This document shows, in pieces, positions 1 to 565 of a DNA stretch of 565 bases. The position numbers and the translations under genes were made by a program. This DNA is from a phage, in sequence record EF517096.1; one strand, 5' to 3'. Below the pieces are notes generated by a model, which saw only the letters and a list, made by a program, of their open reading frames with translations, was not told where the DNA came from and searched no databases. The number at the start of each line of letters is the position of its first letter. Position 1 is the stretch's first letter.

Positions 1-441
1 GTTTCGGCTGCTGACCGTGTGTTCTACTGTGACCCAGATAGCTACTCTGCGATTCTGGCAGCACTGATGCCGAACGCAGCAAACTACGCTGCTCTGATTG
101 ACCCTGAGAAGGGTTCTATCCGCAACGTTATGGGCTTTGAGGTTGTAGAAGTTCCACACCTCACCGCTGGTGGTGCTGGTACCGCTCGTGAGGGCACTAC
201 TGGTCAGAAGCACGTCTTCCCTGCCAATAAAGGTGAGGGTAATGTCAAGGTTGCTAAGGACAACGTTATCGGCCTGTTCATGCACCGCTCTGCGGTAGGT
301 ACTGTTAAGCTGCGTGACTTGGCTCTGGAGCGCGCTCGCCGTGCTAACTTCCAAGCGGACCAGATTATCGCTAAGTACGCAATGGGCCATGGTGGTCTTC
401 GCCCAGAAGCTGCTGGTGCAGTGGTTTTCAAAGTGGAGTAA
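1..441 (+). CDS. 10A: Major capsid protein 10A, C-terminal part (5'-partial: 146 codons plus TAA stop at 439-441); T7-type HK97-fold capsid protein
   Basis: Frame +1 is open from base 1 with no stop until TAA at 439-441. The ORF track reports 19..441 only because it starts at the first GTG; the preceding in-frame codons (VSAADR) are uninterrupted, so the gene begins upstream of the window. The translation ...FMHRSAVGTVKLRDLALERARRANFQADQIIAKYAMGHGGLRPEAAGAVVFKVE* matches my recollection of the T7 gp10A C-terminus. Codon usage is strongly biased (GGT, GCT, CGT, CTG, GTT, AAC, TTC), typical of a very highly expressed gene. Confidence 0.94.
   Translation, partial: VSAADRVFYCDPDSYSAILAALMPNAANYAALIDPEKGSIRNVMGFEVVEVPHLTAGGAGTAREGTTGQKHVFPANKGEGNVKVAKDNVIGLFMHRSAVGTVKLRDLALERARRANFQADQIIAKYAMGHGGLRPEAAGAVVFKVE
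423..429 (+). other. Programmed -1 ribosomal frameshift slip site (G GUU UUC) for 10A to 10B
   Basis: The heptamer GGTTTTC at 423-429 holds 0-frame codons GUU (Val, 424-426) and UUC (Phe, 427-429). A -1 slip re-pairs tRNA-Phe on UUU (426-428), and the next codon becomes CAA (429-431, Gln), reproducing the 10B junction ...VVF|QSG.... The site lies 3 codons before the 10A stop. The exact slipping mechanism (single or tandem tRNA) cannot be determined from sequence. Confidence 0.65.
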
Positions 442-565
442 TGCTGGGGGTGGCCTCAACGGTCGCTGCTAGTCCCGAAGAGGCGAGTATTACTTCAACA
501 GAAGAAACCTTAACGCCAGCACAGAAGGCCACACGCACCCGTGCTGCTAACAAAGCCCGAAAGGA
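429..565 (+). CDS. 10B: -1 frame C-terminal extension of the capsid protein, giving minor capsid protein 10B by programmed frameshift (3'-partial; 45 codons in window)
   Basis: The -1 frame relative to 10A is open from 375 (after TAA at 372-374) to the window end. From codon 429-431 it reads QSGVMLGVASTVAASPEEASITSTEETLTPAQKATRTRAANKARK, which matches the known 10B tail (...VVF-QSGVMLGV...). There is no ATG or GTG with a proper ribosome-binding site at the start of this open frame, so it is reached by frameshifting from 10A rather than independent initiation. The final 23 nt match the pET T7-terminator fragment, which begins inside the end of the 10B reading frame. Confidence 0.8.

Noticed and set aside
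19-21. GTG at 19 as the start of the + strand ORF, as implied by the ORF track
   Set aside because: The frame is open back to base 1 (codons VSAADR precede it) and the protein is the C-terminal part of a much longer capsid protein. The GTG is an internal Val codon, not a start.
204-431. 75-aa ORF on the minus strand (MKTTAPAASGRRPPWPIAY...)
   Set aside because: It lies entirely antisense within the strongly codon-biased capsid CDS, has an Arg/Ala/Ser/Pro-rich composition typical of antisense reading of GC-biased coding DNA, and I recognise no start context or product. Almost certainly a spurious shadow ORF.
434-443. ATG at 441-443 overlapping the 10A stop (TAATG) with GGAG 3 nt upstream, as a possible independent start or reinitiation site for a small downstream ORF
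   Set aside because: The GGAG-to-ATG spacing is too short for an efficient Shine-Dalgarno interaction, and the -1 frame is already open 22 codons upstream of this ATG and through the slip site. The ATG is the internal Met of the 10B extension (GVMLGV), and the known product is a fusion, not a separate peptide. Low-level reinitiation cannot be formally excluded from sequence alone.
453-484. Possible hairpin: gcctc (453-457) pairing with gaggc (480-484)
   Set aside because: Only 5 bp across a 22-nt loop, which would be marginally stable and occurs by chance at this length. Not supportable as a terminator or frameshift stimulator.
1-565. The suggestion that the window contains a previously undescribed biological system
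   Set aside because: Every base of the window is accounted for by the 3' end of a well-characterised phage capsid gene and its known frameshift extension. There is no intergenic space, unexplained ORF, repeat array or mobile element boundary here.

Overview
This window is the 3' end of a T7-type phage major capsid gene (gene 10), and I see no novel or undescribed system in it. Frame +1 is open from base 1 and stops at TAA 439-441; its translation ends ...GHGGLRPEAAGAVVFKVE, which I recognise as the C-terminus of T7 capsid protein 10A. The last 23 nt (gctgctaacaaagcccgaaagga) are identical to the start of the T7-terminator fragment carried in pET vectors, which derives from the 3' end of T7 gene 10. 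The one notable feature is the known programmed -1 ribosomal frameshift near the end of 10A: the -1 frame is open from 375 to the window edge, has no sensibly placed start codon, and crosses a GGUUUUC slip site at 423-429 to give the minor capsid protein 10B. The Tφ terminator and gene 11 lie beyond the 3' edge. All identifications are from memory and by-eye translation; no database search was run.
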